Below are positions 9,264 to 18,519 of a DNA stretch of 64,000 nucleotides, in pieces. The translations under genes were made by a program, and so were the position numbers. This stretch comes from a bacterium. GTDB lineage: Bacteria; UBA8248. The stretch lies in the NCBI GenBank assembly GCA_965213685.1, contig CBDBZY010000003.1:96001-160000 (forward strand), written 5' to 3'. The first letter of the stretch is position 1, and each line of letters begins with the position of its first letter. Under the pieces are notes generated by a model. It ran no database searches, was not told the DNA's origin, and was given only the letters and a program-made list of their open reading frames with translations.

Positions 9264-9548
9264 ATGGCGATTTCGCGCGAAGAGGTGCTCCACGTGTCGA
9301 GGCTGGCGCGGCTCGATCTGCGCGATGCGGAAATCGAGAAATTCACCGGGCAGCTCGGCGCGATTCTCGCGCACGTCTCCAGGCTGAACGAGGTGGACAC
9401 CGAGGGGGTGGAGCCCACCTCGCACGTTCTCGACATCGTGAACGTGTTCCGCGCGGACGCCGTCACCGAAGCCCCGATTGAAAACATGGAAAAGATGGCG
9501 CCTGATTTCGTGCGGGGCCATTTTCGCGTTCCCAAGGTCATCGAGTAG
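9264..9548 (+). CDS. gatC: Asp-tRNA(Asn)/Glu-tRNA(Gln) amidotransferase subunit C
   Basis: ISREEVLHVSRLARL..LNEVDTEGVEPTSH..FRAD..FRVPKVIE. Confidence 0.93.
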   Translation: MAISREEVLHVSRLARLDLRDAEIEKFTGQLGAILAHVSRLNEVDTEGVEPTSHVLDIVNVFRADAVTEAPIENMEKMAPDFVRGHFRVPKVIE

Positions 9549-9563
9549 GCTCTCCTCCTCCCG

Positions 9564-11027
9564 ATGGCGTACGCCTCCCTGAGAGAATTCGTTGATGCCC
9601 TCGAGCGCGCGGGAGAGTTGCGCCGCGTCCGGGCACCAGTGGACGTGGAGCTCGAGATTACCGAGATCGCCGACCGTCTGGTGAAGAGCGGCGGTCCCGC
9701 CCTGCTGTTCGAGAACCCCACAGGCCCCGATGGACGCGCGTTCGACATCCCCGTCCTCATCAACGCCTACGCCTCCGATAAGCGGATGCGGCTCGCCCTG
9801 GGGGTGGAGAGCATGGAGGCGGTGGCGGACGAGGTGGCGGAGCTTCTGGAGATCAAGCCGCCCGAGGGCATCATCGAGAAGGTGAAGATGCTGCCCAAGC
9901 TCGCGCGGCTCGCGTCCTTCTCTCCCAAGAAGGTGAGCGCGGCCCCCTGCCAGGAGGTCGTGGAGACGGAGGCGCCGAATCTCCTCTCGCTTCCGGCCAT
10001 CAAGTGCTGGCCCGAGGATGCGGGACGCTACATCACCTTTGGGCACATCTACTCCCGGAACCCGAGAACCGGCCGGAGAAACGTGGGCCTCTACCGCGTG
10101 CAGATTTTCGACGAGCGGACCGCTGGAATGCACATGCACTTGCATCACGACGGGGCGCAGAATTTCCAGGAGAGCTCGCGGATGGGCGAGCGGATGGATA
10201 TGGCGATCGCCCTGGGCGGGGACCCGGTCTACGTCTATGCGGCGAGCGCGCCGCTGCCGCCCGCGATAGACGAGCTGAACCTGGCCGGATTCCTGCGGGG
10301 CAGGAGCGCCGAGTTGGTGAAGTGCAAGACGGTGGACATGGAGGTGCCCGCCGACGCCGACATCGTGGTCGAGGGCTACCTGAACCCGGGCGAGCTCAGG
10401 GAGGAGGGGCCCTTCGGGGATCACACGGGCTGGTATTCCCTGGCGGACGATTATCCCGTCTTTCACGTCACGGCCATCACGCGGAGGCGCGCGGCGGTGT
10501 ATCCCACCACCATCGTGGGCCGACCGCCGATGGAGGATTACTGGCTTGGCGGTGCGACGGGCCGCATCTTCCTGCCCCTGATGAAAATGCAGCTGCCCGA
10601 AATCGTGGACGTGCACATGCCAGCGGAGGGCGTGTTCCACAACATGGTCATCGTCTCCATCCGAAAGGCCTATCCCTACCATGCGAGAAAGGTGATGTAC
10701 GCCCTGTGGGGGATGGGGCAGATGGCGCTCGCGAAGGTCATCGTCATCGTGGACGAGGATGTGGACGTGCACAACATCAGCGAGGTTTCCTGGAAAGTTC
10801 TGGGCAGCATCGACCCGAGGCGCGACCTTGTGTTTGTCGATGGGCCGGTCGACGCGCTCGAGCACGCCGCCCCGCGCCTCCACGTCGGCAGCAAGGTGGG
10901 CGTGGACGGCACCCGAAAGTGGGCGTCGGAGGGCTTCGAGCGGGAATGGCCGCCGGAGATTGTGATGACGGACGAGATCAAGGAGCGCGTCACGAGGCGC
11001 TGGAGGGAGTACGGCCTTGGCGGCTGA
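9564..11027 (+). CDS. UbiD-family decarboxylase, menaquinone (futalosine pathway) type
   Basis: LREFVDALE, WPEDAGRYIT, NVGLYR, EGPFGDHTG, VGRPPMED; followed by a prenyltransferase and MenG. Confidence 0.9.
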   Translation: MAYASLREFVDALERAGELRRVRAPVDVELEITEIADRLVKSGGPALLFENPTGPDGRAFDIPVLINAYASDKRMRLALGVESMEAVADEVAELLEIKPPEGIIEKVKMLPKLARLASFSPKKVSAAPCQEVVETEAPNLLSLPAIKCWPEDAGRYITFGHIYSRNPRTGRRNVGLYRVQIFDERTAGMHMHLHHDGAQNFQESSRMGERMDMAIALGGDPVYVYAASAPLPPAIDELNLAGFLRGRSAELVKCKTVDMEVPADADIVVEGYLNPGELREEGPFGDHTGWYSLADDYPVFHVTAITRRRAAVYPTTIVGRPPMEDYWLGGATGRIFLPLMKMQLPEIVDVHMPAEGVFHNMVIVSIRKAYPYHARKVMYALWGMGQMALAKVIVIVDEDVDVHNISEVSWKVLGSIDPRRDLVFVDGPVDALEHAAPRLHVGSKVGVDGTRKWASEGFEREWPPEIVMTDEIKERVTRRWREYGLGG

Positions 11028-11895
11028 GGCGCCGACCTCCCGGAGCTTCCGCCAGTTCCTGCGGATGGTGAAGTTCGAGCACACCATCTTCGGCCTGCCC
11101 TTCGTGTTGATGGGCGGGGTGATGGCTGCGGGCGGCCTTCCCTCCGCGCGCTCCCTTTTCTGGATGGTGATGGCGGCGGCCGCCGCGCGGAACTTCGCCA
11201 TGACCCTCAATCGTTTCGCCGACAGGGACATCGACCCCAGAAACCCGAGAACGAAAGACCGCGCCGAGTTCCAGGGGCTGCTCCGCTCCAGGCGCATTCC
11301 GGCGATGCTCGCGGGGTTTCTGGGCGTCTTCCTCCTCTCGGCCTGGATGCTGAACCCGCTGGCCTTCGCCCTCTCCTTCGCGGTGGCCGCCTGCATCGTC
11401 CTCTATTCCTACTCCAAGCGCTTCACCTCCTGGACGCACCTGTTTCTGGGCGTCGTTCTGGGCTGCGCGCCCGCGGGCGCCTGGGTGGCCGTGCGCGGCG
11501 ACCTGGGCGTGGTGAGCGTTTTCCTGTTCCTGGGCGTCGCTCTCTGGGTGGCCGGCTTCGACCTGATTTACGCTTCCGTGGACGTGGATTTCGACCGCCG
11601 GGAGAATCTCCATTCCCTCCCCCGTCTGCTGGGCGTCCGGGGCGCGCTCATCGTCTCCGCACTCGCCCACCTGGGGGCGGTGGCCTGTTTTTACGGGGCG
11701 GGCCGGGCGTATGGCCTGGGACTCGCCTACTGGCTGGCGCTGGCGGCGGCGGGGTGTCTGCTGTTCTGGGAGCACTGGATCGTGCGGCCGGATGATTTGA
11801 GCCGCGTGGACGTGTCGTTTTTCAACCTCAACGCCTGGGTCTCCGTGGTCGTGTCGGCCGGTGCAATGGCCGATGTGCTCATCGGCCCGGGCTGA
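11017..11895 (+). CDS. mqnP: UbiA-family polyprenyltransferase (MqnP-like)
   Basis: KFEHTIFGLPF, NRFADRDIDPRNPRT, YSYSKRFT, AGFDLIYA, FFNLN. Confidence 0.85.
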   Translation: MAAEAPTSRSFRQFLRMVKFEHTIFGLPFVLMGGVMAAGGLPSARSLFWMVMAAAAARNFAMTLNRFADRDIDPRNPRTKDRAEFQGLLRSRRIPAMLAGFLGVFLLSAWMLNPLAFALSFAVAACIVLYSYSKRFTSWTHLFLGVVLGCAPAGAWVAVRGDLGVVSVFLFLGVALWVAGFDLIYASVDVDFDRRENLHSLPRLLGVRGALIVSALAHLGAVACFYGAGRAYGLGLAYWLALAAAGCLLFWEHWIVRPDDLSRVDVSFFNLNAWVSVVVSAGAMADVLIGPG

Positions 11896-11903
11896 TCGCC
11901 TTC

Positions 11904-12659
11904 GTGCCGACCCGAATCGAGAGCGGCGAGGTGCGCGAGATGTTCTCGGACATCGCGCCCACCTACGATCTCCTGAACCGGGCGCTGAGCTTTGGCGTGG
12001 ACCGCCTCTGGCGGAGGCGGGCGGTCGCGAGTCTGTTGAGCGGATTCGCGGAGCCGGGAGAGGGCCGGTTTCTCGACCTGGCCACGGGCACGGCGGACGT
12101 CGCACTCGAAATCTGCCGGCGCGCCGCGCCCGCTGCGCGCGTCGTCGGGGCGGATTTCGCCCTCCCCATGCTCGCGCGCGGGAGGAGAAAGGCGGCGGTG
12201 CGCACCGCAACCCTCGCGCTGGTGCAGGCCGACGGGATGCGGCTGCCCTTCCGGGACGGCGCGTTCGACGGGGTGATCATCGCCTTCGGCCTGCGCAATT
12301 TCGAGAGACGCGAGGCGGGCCTGGGCGAGATGGGGCGCGTGACGCGGGCGGGCGGCAGGCTCGTCGTTCTGGAATTCGGCCACCCCAAAGGTTTCTTTGG
12401 ACTTTTGTATGCGCTGTATTCTCGCCTCCTTCTCCCCCTCATGGGGCGGATCGTCTCCGGCCATCCGACGGCGTATCGTTATCTCCCCCGCACGGTGCGT
12501 GAATTTCCGGAGGCTGGCAGGCTTTGCGAGATGATGCGGGAGGCGGGCTTTCGGGAGGTGAGCCATCGCCCGATGACGGGCGGCATCGCCGCGCTGCACG
12601 TGGGGGTGCGCGCATCGTCCCGAAGTCCCGCGGCGCCCCCGGGCGAGGGAGGCGAGTGA
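11904..12659 (+). CDS. menG: Demethylmenaquinone methyltransferase (UbiE/MenG)
   Basis: MFSDIAPTYDLLNRALSFG.D..WR, LDLATGTAD, FGLRN, VLEF, AYRYL. Confidence 0.9.
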   Translation: MPTRIESGEVREMFSDIAPTYDLLNRALSFGVDRLWRRRAVASLLSGFAEPGEGRFLDLATGTADVALEICRRAAPAARVVGADFALPMLARGRRKAAVRTATLALVQADGMRLPFRDGAFDGVIIAFGLRNFERREAGLGEMGRVTRAGGRLVVLEFGHPKGFFGLLYALYSRLLLPLMGRIVSGHPTAYRYLPRTVREFPEAGRLCEMMREAGFREVSHRPMTGGIAALHVGVRASSRSPAAPPGEGGE

Positions 12660-12708
12660 ATCCTCCGCCCCCGGGCCGCCGCCCGAGGGGAGGCCTGCGC
12701 GGAGTTTT

Positions 12709-13905
12709 CTAGTTCTTGCTGAGGATGAACACGCTGGAGACGGCGCCCGGGCCGCCCAGGGTATGGCCGAGGGCGCGCCTGGCGCCCTTCACCTGGCGCG
12801 CGCCGCAGCGACCGAGGAGTTGATGCGTGAGGTCCCCCACCACCCGGGCGCCCGTCGCGCCGATGGGGTGGCCGCAACTCTTGAGGCCGCCCGAGGTGTT
12901 CACCGGAAGCTCGCCGCCGAGGCTGCTCGCCCCGCTCCTGACGAAGTCAGGCCCCTCGCCCTTCTCCACGAAGCCCAGGTCCTCATAGTTCAGAATCTCC
13001 GTGATCGTAAAGCAATCGTGCACTTCCGCAACGTCTATCTCCTCGCGCGGGTTGCGGACGCCGGCCTGCGCGTAGGCCTGGCGCGAGGCCTCCTTGGTGG
13101 CGTCGAAGCCGACGAAGCTGAACTTCGGGTTGAAGGCCGTGGTGATGTAGCCCGTGGCACAGGAAAGTCCCATCCCGTCGATGAGCACATAGTCCGTTTT
13201 GCCGAAGCGCGCCTCGGCCAGATCCGCCCGGCAAAGGACGATGGCGGCGGCCCCGTCCGTCGTGGGGCAGCAGTCGTACAGTCCCAGGGGTTCCGTCACC
13301 GGCGGTGCCTTGAGGACCTGCTCCCTGGTGATCTCCTTGCGGAAGTGCGCGCGGGGGTTGAGGCTCCCGTGGCGGTGGTTTTTCACCGCCACCTCGGCCA
13401 AATCCTCCTTGCCCGCGCCGAATTCCTCAAAATACCTCCTCGCCAGGACGGCGAAGCTGCCCGGTGCCGTGCGGCCCTTGGAATACATCGGGTGCAGCTT
13501 CTCGACGTGCTGTGCCACCAGGCTGCCCCGGGGAGGGACCTCGCGCATCTTCTCCGCCCCGACGGCCAGGACGACGTCGTGCATGCCGGAGGCCACGGCC
13601 ATCGCCGCCATGCGGACGGCCTCCATGCCCGTGGTGCAGTAGTTCGACACCCGGGACACGGGTTTCGGGTAGAGGTTCAGGGCTTCGGCGAGCGAGGGGC
13701 CGCCCGTTCCGTCAAACCCCCAGCCGAGCGGCAGATAGGTGCCGAGCCATGCGGCCTCGACGTCCTCTCCGCTCACGCCCGCGTCCTGGTAGGCCTCGAA
13801 GGCGGCTTCCACCACGAGATCGTTATAGCTTTGCTCGAACAGCTCACCGAATTTCGTGATGCCGACGCCGATGATGGCGACTTTTCCAGCGATGGTTCCG
13901 CTCAT
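12709..13905 (-). CDS. SCP2-type thiolase / acetyl-CoA acetyltransferase
   Basis: NYCTTG (nucleophile Cys), KNH, EVHDCF, GGLKSCGHPIGATG, HTLGG. Confidence 0.9.
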   Translation of the reverse strand: MSGTIAGKVAIIGVGITKFGELFEQSYNDLVVEAAFEAYQDAGVSGEDVEAAWLGTYLPLGWGFDGTGGPSLAEALNLYPKPVSRVSNYCTTGMEAVRMAAMAVASGMHDVVLAVGAEKMREVPPRGSLVAQHVEKLHPMYSKGRTAPGSFAVLARRYFEEFGAGKEDLAEVAVKNHRHGSLNPRAHFRKEITREQVLKAPPVTEPLGLYDCCPTTDGAAAIVLCRADLAEARFGKTDYVLIDGMGLSCATGYITTAFNPKFSFVGFDATKEASRQAYAQAGVRNPREEIDVAEVHDCFTITEILNYEDLGFVEKGEGPDFVRSGASSLGGELPVNTSGGLKSCGHPIGATGARVVGDLTHQLLGRCGARQVKGARRALGHTLGGPGAVSSVFILSKN

Positions 13906-13952
13906 GTCGAGCTCCTCGAAGAAGGATGTTCCTCCCGGCGGAGATGCTGTCC

Positions 13953-15356
13953 CTATTCCGCGGGACGCAGCTTCCAGTAGTAATTATAGTAGCCATTCCC
14001 CTGGTGGAGAAGCCGGAAGGTGAACTCGCACGCCATTCCGATGCGCACGTCGTCTTTCGCGTGGTTCGTCATCTGGCCATAGAACCGTCCGCCGCCCTCC
14101 ATCTCCGCCGTGGCCATCGTGATGAAGCCCTCCGGCGACGGGGGCAGATAGTCGTGCACGAAGGTGAATATCCTTCCCCGTCGGCCCAGCTTGCGCTCCT
14201 CCCACGCATCCCTCGTCCCGCAGGAGTTGCAGACCCGCTGCCGGGGGTACTGCAGCGCTCCGCAGGAGCGGCAAACCCCCGCCATGAGGCGCATGGTCGC
14301 CCTGCTTTCCTTCCAAAGGATGCTGGGCGAGGAGAAGGGCCGTATCTCCTCCTCGGGAGACATTCCGCGGAACCGGAGCCATTGGCCGTAGCGGGGGATG
14401 GGGCGCGCGCGATCCAGGTGCCAGCGCAGCCCCCGCTGCGTCCTGAGCGCGCCCACCTTGTCCGTCGCACGGAGCAGCATCGCCTCGCCCCCGCTTCCGT
14501 GGCCCGCGACGATGATGTGCTCGCCCGGCGCCGCGTTCTGAAGCGCGTCGACGAGACAGAGCAGAGGGGCGGCCGCCCCGGCGTCCCCTAGGCGCGCGAC
14601 GAGGGGCTCCCGGGGATAGGCGGCTTCGGGAAAGCCCAGCCTTCTGGCGATGAGCGCATGGGTGCGGGGGTCGGGGGCGTAGAGCAGCACGCGCGCGATG
14701 TCTTCTCTCGTGGCGCCCGTCCGTCGGAGCAGCCCCTCCACGGTGGCGACGCTCTGGCGCGCGTAGCCGTAGTCTTGAATGAATTTGGCGTCCCCGGCGG
14801 AAATCGCGTCCTCCCCCGGCAGTCGCCAGCGGTCGATGAAATCCTCGGACCAGGAATACGTCGCCTCGATCTCGGCGGCGACGTCCTCTCCCTTGCCGAG
14901 CAGCAGCGCGGCGGCGCCGTCGCAGAGGCCGAGCTCATCGGAGCTGCCCGGCGGCGCGGGCCTTTTCTCGGACGCCACCACGGCCGCCGTGCGGGAGGAG
15001 CCCGCGTCTATGGCGTCGCACGCGGCCCGGAGCGCGGAGGTGCCCGCGCGCACGGAGCCGCCCGCATCCAGGGTAAAGAGCGTCTCCGGCAAATCCGCCG
15101 CGGCGGCGAGGACGCCGGCGTTCGACTTCTCGGCGTAGGGGTGGGACGTGGAGGCGAAATACAGCGCATCCACCTCGGCGCCGCCCCAGCCCGCGGCGTT
15201 GACGAGCGCCTCCACCCCCATGGTGATGGCGTCCTCGTCAAAGCCGGCCACCGGGCGCGACGCCTTCGGGTTGCCCGTCCCCCATACGGCTCTTACGGTT
15301 TCCCCCCCCAGCCGATGAAAGGGGATGTAGGCTCCCACGCGGATGATGCCAGCCAT
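13953..15356 (-). CDS. HMG-CoA-synthase-like domain fused to DUF35 (Zn ribbon + OB fold)
   Basis: GAYIP..RL, DEDAITM, DGAAA, GDAGAA, GSG; C-terminal CRSCG..CNSCG Zn ribbon and an OB fold ending FRLL..YYWK. Confidence 0.85.
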   Translation of the reverse strand: MAGIIRVGAYIPFHRLGGETVRAVWGTGNPKASRPVAGFDEDAITMGVEALVNAAGWGGAEVDALYFASTSHPYAEKSNAGVLAAAADLPETLFTLDAGGSVRAGTSALRAACDAIDAGSSRTAAVVASEKRPAPPGSSDELGLCDGAAALLLGKGEDVAAEIEATYSWSEDFIDRWRLPGEDAISAGDAKFIQDYGYARQSVATVEGLLRRTGATREDIARVLLYAPDPRTHALIARRLGFPEAAYPREPLVARLGDAGAAAPLLCLVDALQNAAPGEHIIVAGHGSGGEAMLLRATDKVGALRTQRGLRWHLDRARPIPRYGQWLRFRGMSPEEEIRPFSSPSILWKESRATMRLMAGVCRSCGALQYPRQRVCNSCGTRDAWEERKLGRRGRIFTFVHDYLPPSPEGFITMATAEMEGGGRFYGQMTNHAKDDVRIGMACEFTFRLLHQGNGYYNYYWKLRPAE

Positions 15357-15570
15357 CTCTTCTCCTTAGGACTTTCTCGGGAAACGGGGCAGATTTTCCC
15401 CCCGCGCCGGCGAATGCGTCAAGCTGCGCGGGGATTTTGCGACATGTCCCGGGGGCGGCGAACGTCCGGTTTTCGGGCGGGTCGGCCCCCCGCCCTTCTC
15501 CTCGCGCCACGGTTCCTTTATGATGCGGGCGTTCGCCGACGATTCTCGTTGTTCCTGCGGGAGGGGATGG

Positions 15571-15813
15571 ATGAAGCTTCACGTGGAGTATTGCCAGAAG
15601 TGAAACTATGGACCTCGGTATGAGCAGTTGGCTCATGCATTGAAAAAACGCTTCCCGGGCCTGCAAGTCGCCGGAAACGAGAACGGGAAATTCCGCATCG
15701 GCGCCTTCGAGCTCGTGCTCGATGGCCAGTGCCTGTGGTCCAAGCTGGACTCGGGCGCCTTTCCCACGGAGGCCGAAGCGGTCGGCCTCGTCGAGGAGCA
15801 TATGAAGCCATGA
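15571..15813 (+). CDS. Rdx-family (SelW/SelT/SelH-like) selenoprotein with CxxU motif; in-frame TGA at 15601-15603 read as Sec
   Basis: MKLHVEYCQK-U-NYGPRY..LKKRFP..GAFELVLDGQCLWSKL..GAFP; Rdx signatures (V.YCxxU, GxFEV, SK, FP) lie on both sides of the UGA; GGAGG RBS upstream. Confidence 0.88.
15618..15638 (+). promoter_or_regulatory. Candidate bacterial SECIS element
   Basis: Stem GUAUGAGC/GCUCAUGC (8 bp, one G-U pair) with loop AGUUG starting 22 nt after the UGA; G followed by U at loop position 2. Confidence 0.7.
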
Positions 15814-16280
15814 CGTTCGAGGGAGAGGTCGTCTCGGTGCACATCGCCCCGGTGGCCGGCGAGCCGATGGTGGAGGTCGCCCAAGCGCAAACGCTTGCGG
15901 GAAGGGGCCTGGCGGGAGATCGCTACGCCGAGGGGGTGGGCACGTATTCGAGGAAGCAGGGGCCGGATCGGGAGGTGACGCTCATCGAGATAGAGGCCGT
16001 CGAGGCGCTTGCGCGGGATTGCGGCATCCACCTGGACGCAGGCCAGAGCAGGAGAAACATCGTGACGCGCGGCGTTCCGCTCAATCACCTGGTGGATGCG
16101 GATTTTCGGGTGGGCGACGTGAGGATGCGCGGCGTTCGCCTGAACGAGCCGTGCAGATATTTTGAGAATTTGCTGGGGATTGAAGGATTGTTCCACGCGC
16201 TTTGGAACCGCTCGGGACTGAACGCGCGGATTCTGAGCGAAGGCGCCATTCGGGCGGGCGATGTCATCCGGCGCATCTGA
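15810..16280 (+). CDS. MOSC domain protein
   Basis: ATGA overlap with the selenoprotein; GLAGDRY, REVTLI, RRNIVTRG, EPC, GLNARILSEGAIRAGD. Confidence 0.9.
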   Translation: MTFEGEVVSVHIAPVAGEPMVEVAQAQTLAGRGLAGDRYAEGVGTYSRKQGPDREVTLIEIEAVEALARDCGIHLDAGQSRRNIVTRGVPLNHLVDADFRVGDVRMRGVRLNEPCRYFENLLGIEGLFHALWNRSGLNARILSEGAIRAGDVIRRI

Positions 16281-16308
16281 CCCGTCATCTTCCGCGAGAA
16301 AGCCCCCC

Positions 16309-17097
16309 ATGTCGTTTCCCCTCTTCCAGGTGGATGCGTTCACCGACACTCCTTTTTCGGGCAATCCGGCCGCCGTCTGTCTCTTGCCGTCGCCAGTGGA
16401 CGCGCGATGGATGCAGCGCGTGGCGGGGGAGATGAACCTCTCCGAAACCGCGTTTGTGGCGAAAGGGGACGACGGCTACTCCCTGCGCTGGTTCACGCCC
16501 GTGAGCGAGGTGGACCTGTGCGGCCACGCGACGCTCGCGAGTGCCCACGTTCTTTGGGAGGAGGGGCGTCTCGGCCCGGATGAGACGGCCATATTCCACA
16601 CCAAAAGCGGGGTTTTGACCTGTGAGCGCAAAGAGGAATGGATAGAGATGAACTTTCCGGCCCTGCCGGATTCCCCCGCGCCGCCGCCCGAAGCCCTGGC
16701 CGAGAGTCTCGGATTCACGCCCCGCTACGCGGGGAAGAATGAATGCGACTATCTGCTGGAGGCCGACTCCGAGGCGACGCTCCGGGGCTTGACGCCCGAT
16801 TTTCGCCTGCTCGGCACGGTTCCCGTGCGGGGCTGCATGGTTACGGCGCGGGCGGATGCTCCGGCATACGATTTCGTCTCCCGTTTCTTCGCACCGGCAT
16901 ACGGGGTCGACGAGGACCCGGTGACCGGCTCCGCCCACTGTTGCCTGGGGCCATTCTGGGCGAGGCGCCTCCGGAAGGAAGAACTCACCGGCTATCAGGC
17001 GTCCGCGCGGGGCGGCGTGGTGCGCGTCCGGATTCTGGGCGCCCGGGTCGTCCTGGGCGGCAAGGCCGTGACCGTCATGCGGGGGGATTTGCTCTAG
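16309..17097 (+). CDS. PhzF-family isomerase
   Basis: QVDAFT..FSGNPAAV, MNLSETAF, LRWFTP..EVDLCGHATLA, EDPVTGSAH. Confidence 0.93.
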   Translation: MSFPLFQVDAFTDTPFSGNPAAVCLLPSPVDARWMQRVAGEMNLSETAFVAKGDDGYSLRWFTPVSEVDLCGHATLASAHVLWEEGRLGPDETAIFHTKSGVLTCERKEEWIEMNFPALPDSPAPPPEALAESLGFTPRYAGKNECDYLLEADSEATLRGLTPDFRLLGTVPVRGCMVTARADAPAYDFVSRFFAPAYGVDEDPVTGSAHCCLGPFWARRLRKEELTGYQASARGGVVRVRILGARVVLGGKAVTVMRGDLL

Positions 17098-17219
17098 AGA
17101 CGCCGGGGGGCGTTCGGGCACATCCCGCTTCCGCTCCCTTGCCCGGCCCGATCCGCTCGGGTTCGGGAAAGGAGAAAACGGCTGGTTGACGCCGCGCAAG
17201 ACCGGAGGCGGCAGCCCTC

Positions 17220-17248
17220 TTGCGCCCCGGAGGCACAGCGGCTATAAC
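17220..17248 (+). promoter_or_regulatory. Putative sigma70 promoter
   Basis: TTGCGC-17 nt-TATAAC upstream of the aminotransferase. Confidence 0.45.
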
Positions 17249-17302
17249 GGGCGCCTTCAATCGCAGGATTCGGCGTTCTCTCGAACCGAAGGAGATGACG
17301 AG

Positions 17303-18502
17303 ATGGTTGCCGCTTTTGACGCCGGGGCCGCCGGCGCGGCGCGCCTCGAGGAGATTCCCTTCTCGGGCATTCGCAAGGTCTTCGACGCCGTGGCGAAGCT
17401 GGAGGACGCGGGGCGCGACGTCATCCACTGGCAAATCGGCCGCACGGATTTTGATACGCCCGGGCACATCAAGCAGGGCGCCGCCGAGTCCCTCGCCCGA
17501 GGCGACGTGCACTACGCTCCGAGCACGGGGGTTCCCGCCCTGCGCAAGGGCATCGCCTACAGAACGGAAATCGACACCGGAGTGGAGGTGAACCCGGATA
17601 CGCAGGTGATCGTGATGGCGGGGGCGAACGAGGGGATCATGGTTTCCATGCTGGCGCTCGTCGACCCCGGCGACGAGGTGATCATCGCGCAGCCGAACTG
17701 GCATCATTACAAGTCCTGCACGGCGTTGGCGGGCGGCGTGGCCATCGAGGTGGAGACGAAGGAGGAGAACGATTTCGCGTTGCGCGCCGAGGACATCGAG
17801 GCGGTTCTGACGCCTAGGACAAAACTCGTTTGCCTCACCTCGCCCGGCAACCCCACGGGTTGCACGATTCCCGGGGAGGAGCTCCGGAGGATCGCCGAGC
17901 TGGCCGTGCGGCGCAATCTCCTGGTGCTGAGCGACGAGATATACGCGCGCATATACTATGGCGACGCGCCGTGTGCCCCGAGCATTTTTTCACAGCCCGG
18001 CATGGCGGAGCGCACGGTGATCATCAACGGGTTTTCCAAGTTCTACAGCATGGATGGCTGGCGCCTCGGCTGGACGGTGGCGAGCCCCGAGGTGACCCGC
18101 CATCTGCTCAAGATTCGCCAGTACACGACCGTGTGCGTCAACACGTTCATCCAGCATGGCGCGGCGCGCGGCGCCCTGGAGGATCAGGCGCCGATGGAGG
18201 CGATGACGCGGGAGTTTGCCAAGCGCCGCCGCGTGATAGCCGACGGACTGCGCGCCATAGAGGGCGTCACCCTGGCGGAGCCCACGGGGGCGTTTTACGC
18301 CTTCCCGAACGTGCGGGCCTTCGGGGAAACCTCGGGCGATGTGGCGGACTATCTGCTGCAGGAGCACGCCATCGCGACGGTGAACGGCGCCGTTTTTGGC
18401 GGCGAGGGGTATCTCCGAATCGCGTATTCCTGCGCGACGGAAGAATGCGAGCGCGGCGTGGAGCGTCTGGCCGGCGCACTGGAGCAGCTGCGCCGGGGCT
18501 AG
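17303..18502 (+). CDS. PLP-dependent aminotransferase class I/II
   Basis: PGNPTG, SDEIY, GFSKFYSMDGWRLG, GAFY, YLRIAY. Confidence 0.93.
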   Translation: MVAAFDAGAAGAARLEEIPFSGIRKVFDAVAKLEDAGRDVIHWQIGRTDFDTPGHIKQGAAESLARGDVHYAPSTGVPALRKGIAYRTEIDTGVEVNPDTQVIVMAGANEGIMVSMLALVDPGDEVIIAQPNWHHYKSCTALAGGVAIEVETKEENDFALRAEDIEAVLTPRTKLVCLTSPGNPTGCTIPGEELRRIAELAVRRNLLVLSDEIYARIYYGDAPCAPSIFSQPGMAERTVIINGFSKFYSMDGWRLGWTVASPEVTRHLLKIRQYTTVCVNTFIQHGAARGALEDQAPMEAMTREFAKRRRVIADGLRAIEGVTLAEPTGAFYAFPNVRAFGETSGDVADYLLQEHAIATVNGAVFGGEGYLRIAYSCATEECERGVERLAGALEQLRRG

Positions 18503-18519
18503 TAGGGAGAAAAGGCTAG

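Noticed and set aside
1340-11396. Very long antisense ORFs (1340-4147, 4228-5982, 6959-9763, 8310-11396) and similar ones later (53051-55192, 61983-63995)
   Set aside because: They are stop-poor shadows of well-supported genes on the opposite strand in high-GC DNA, with no protein motifs.
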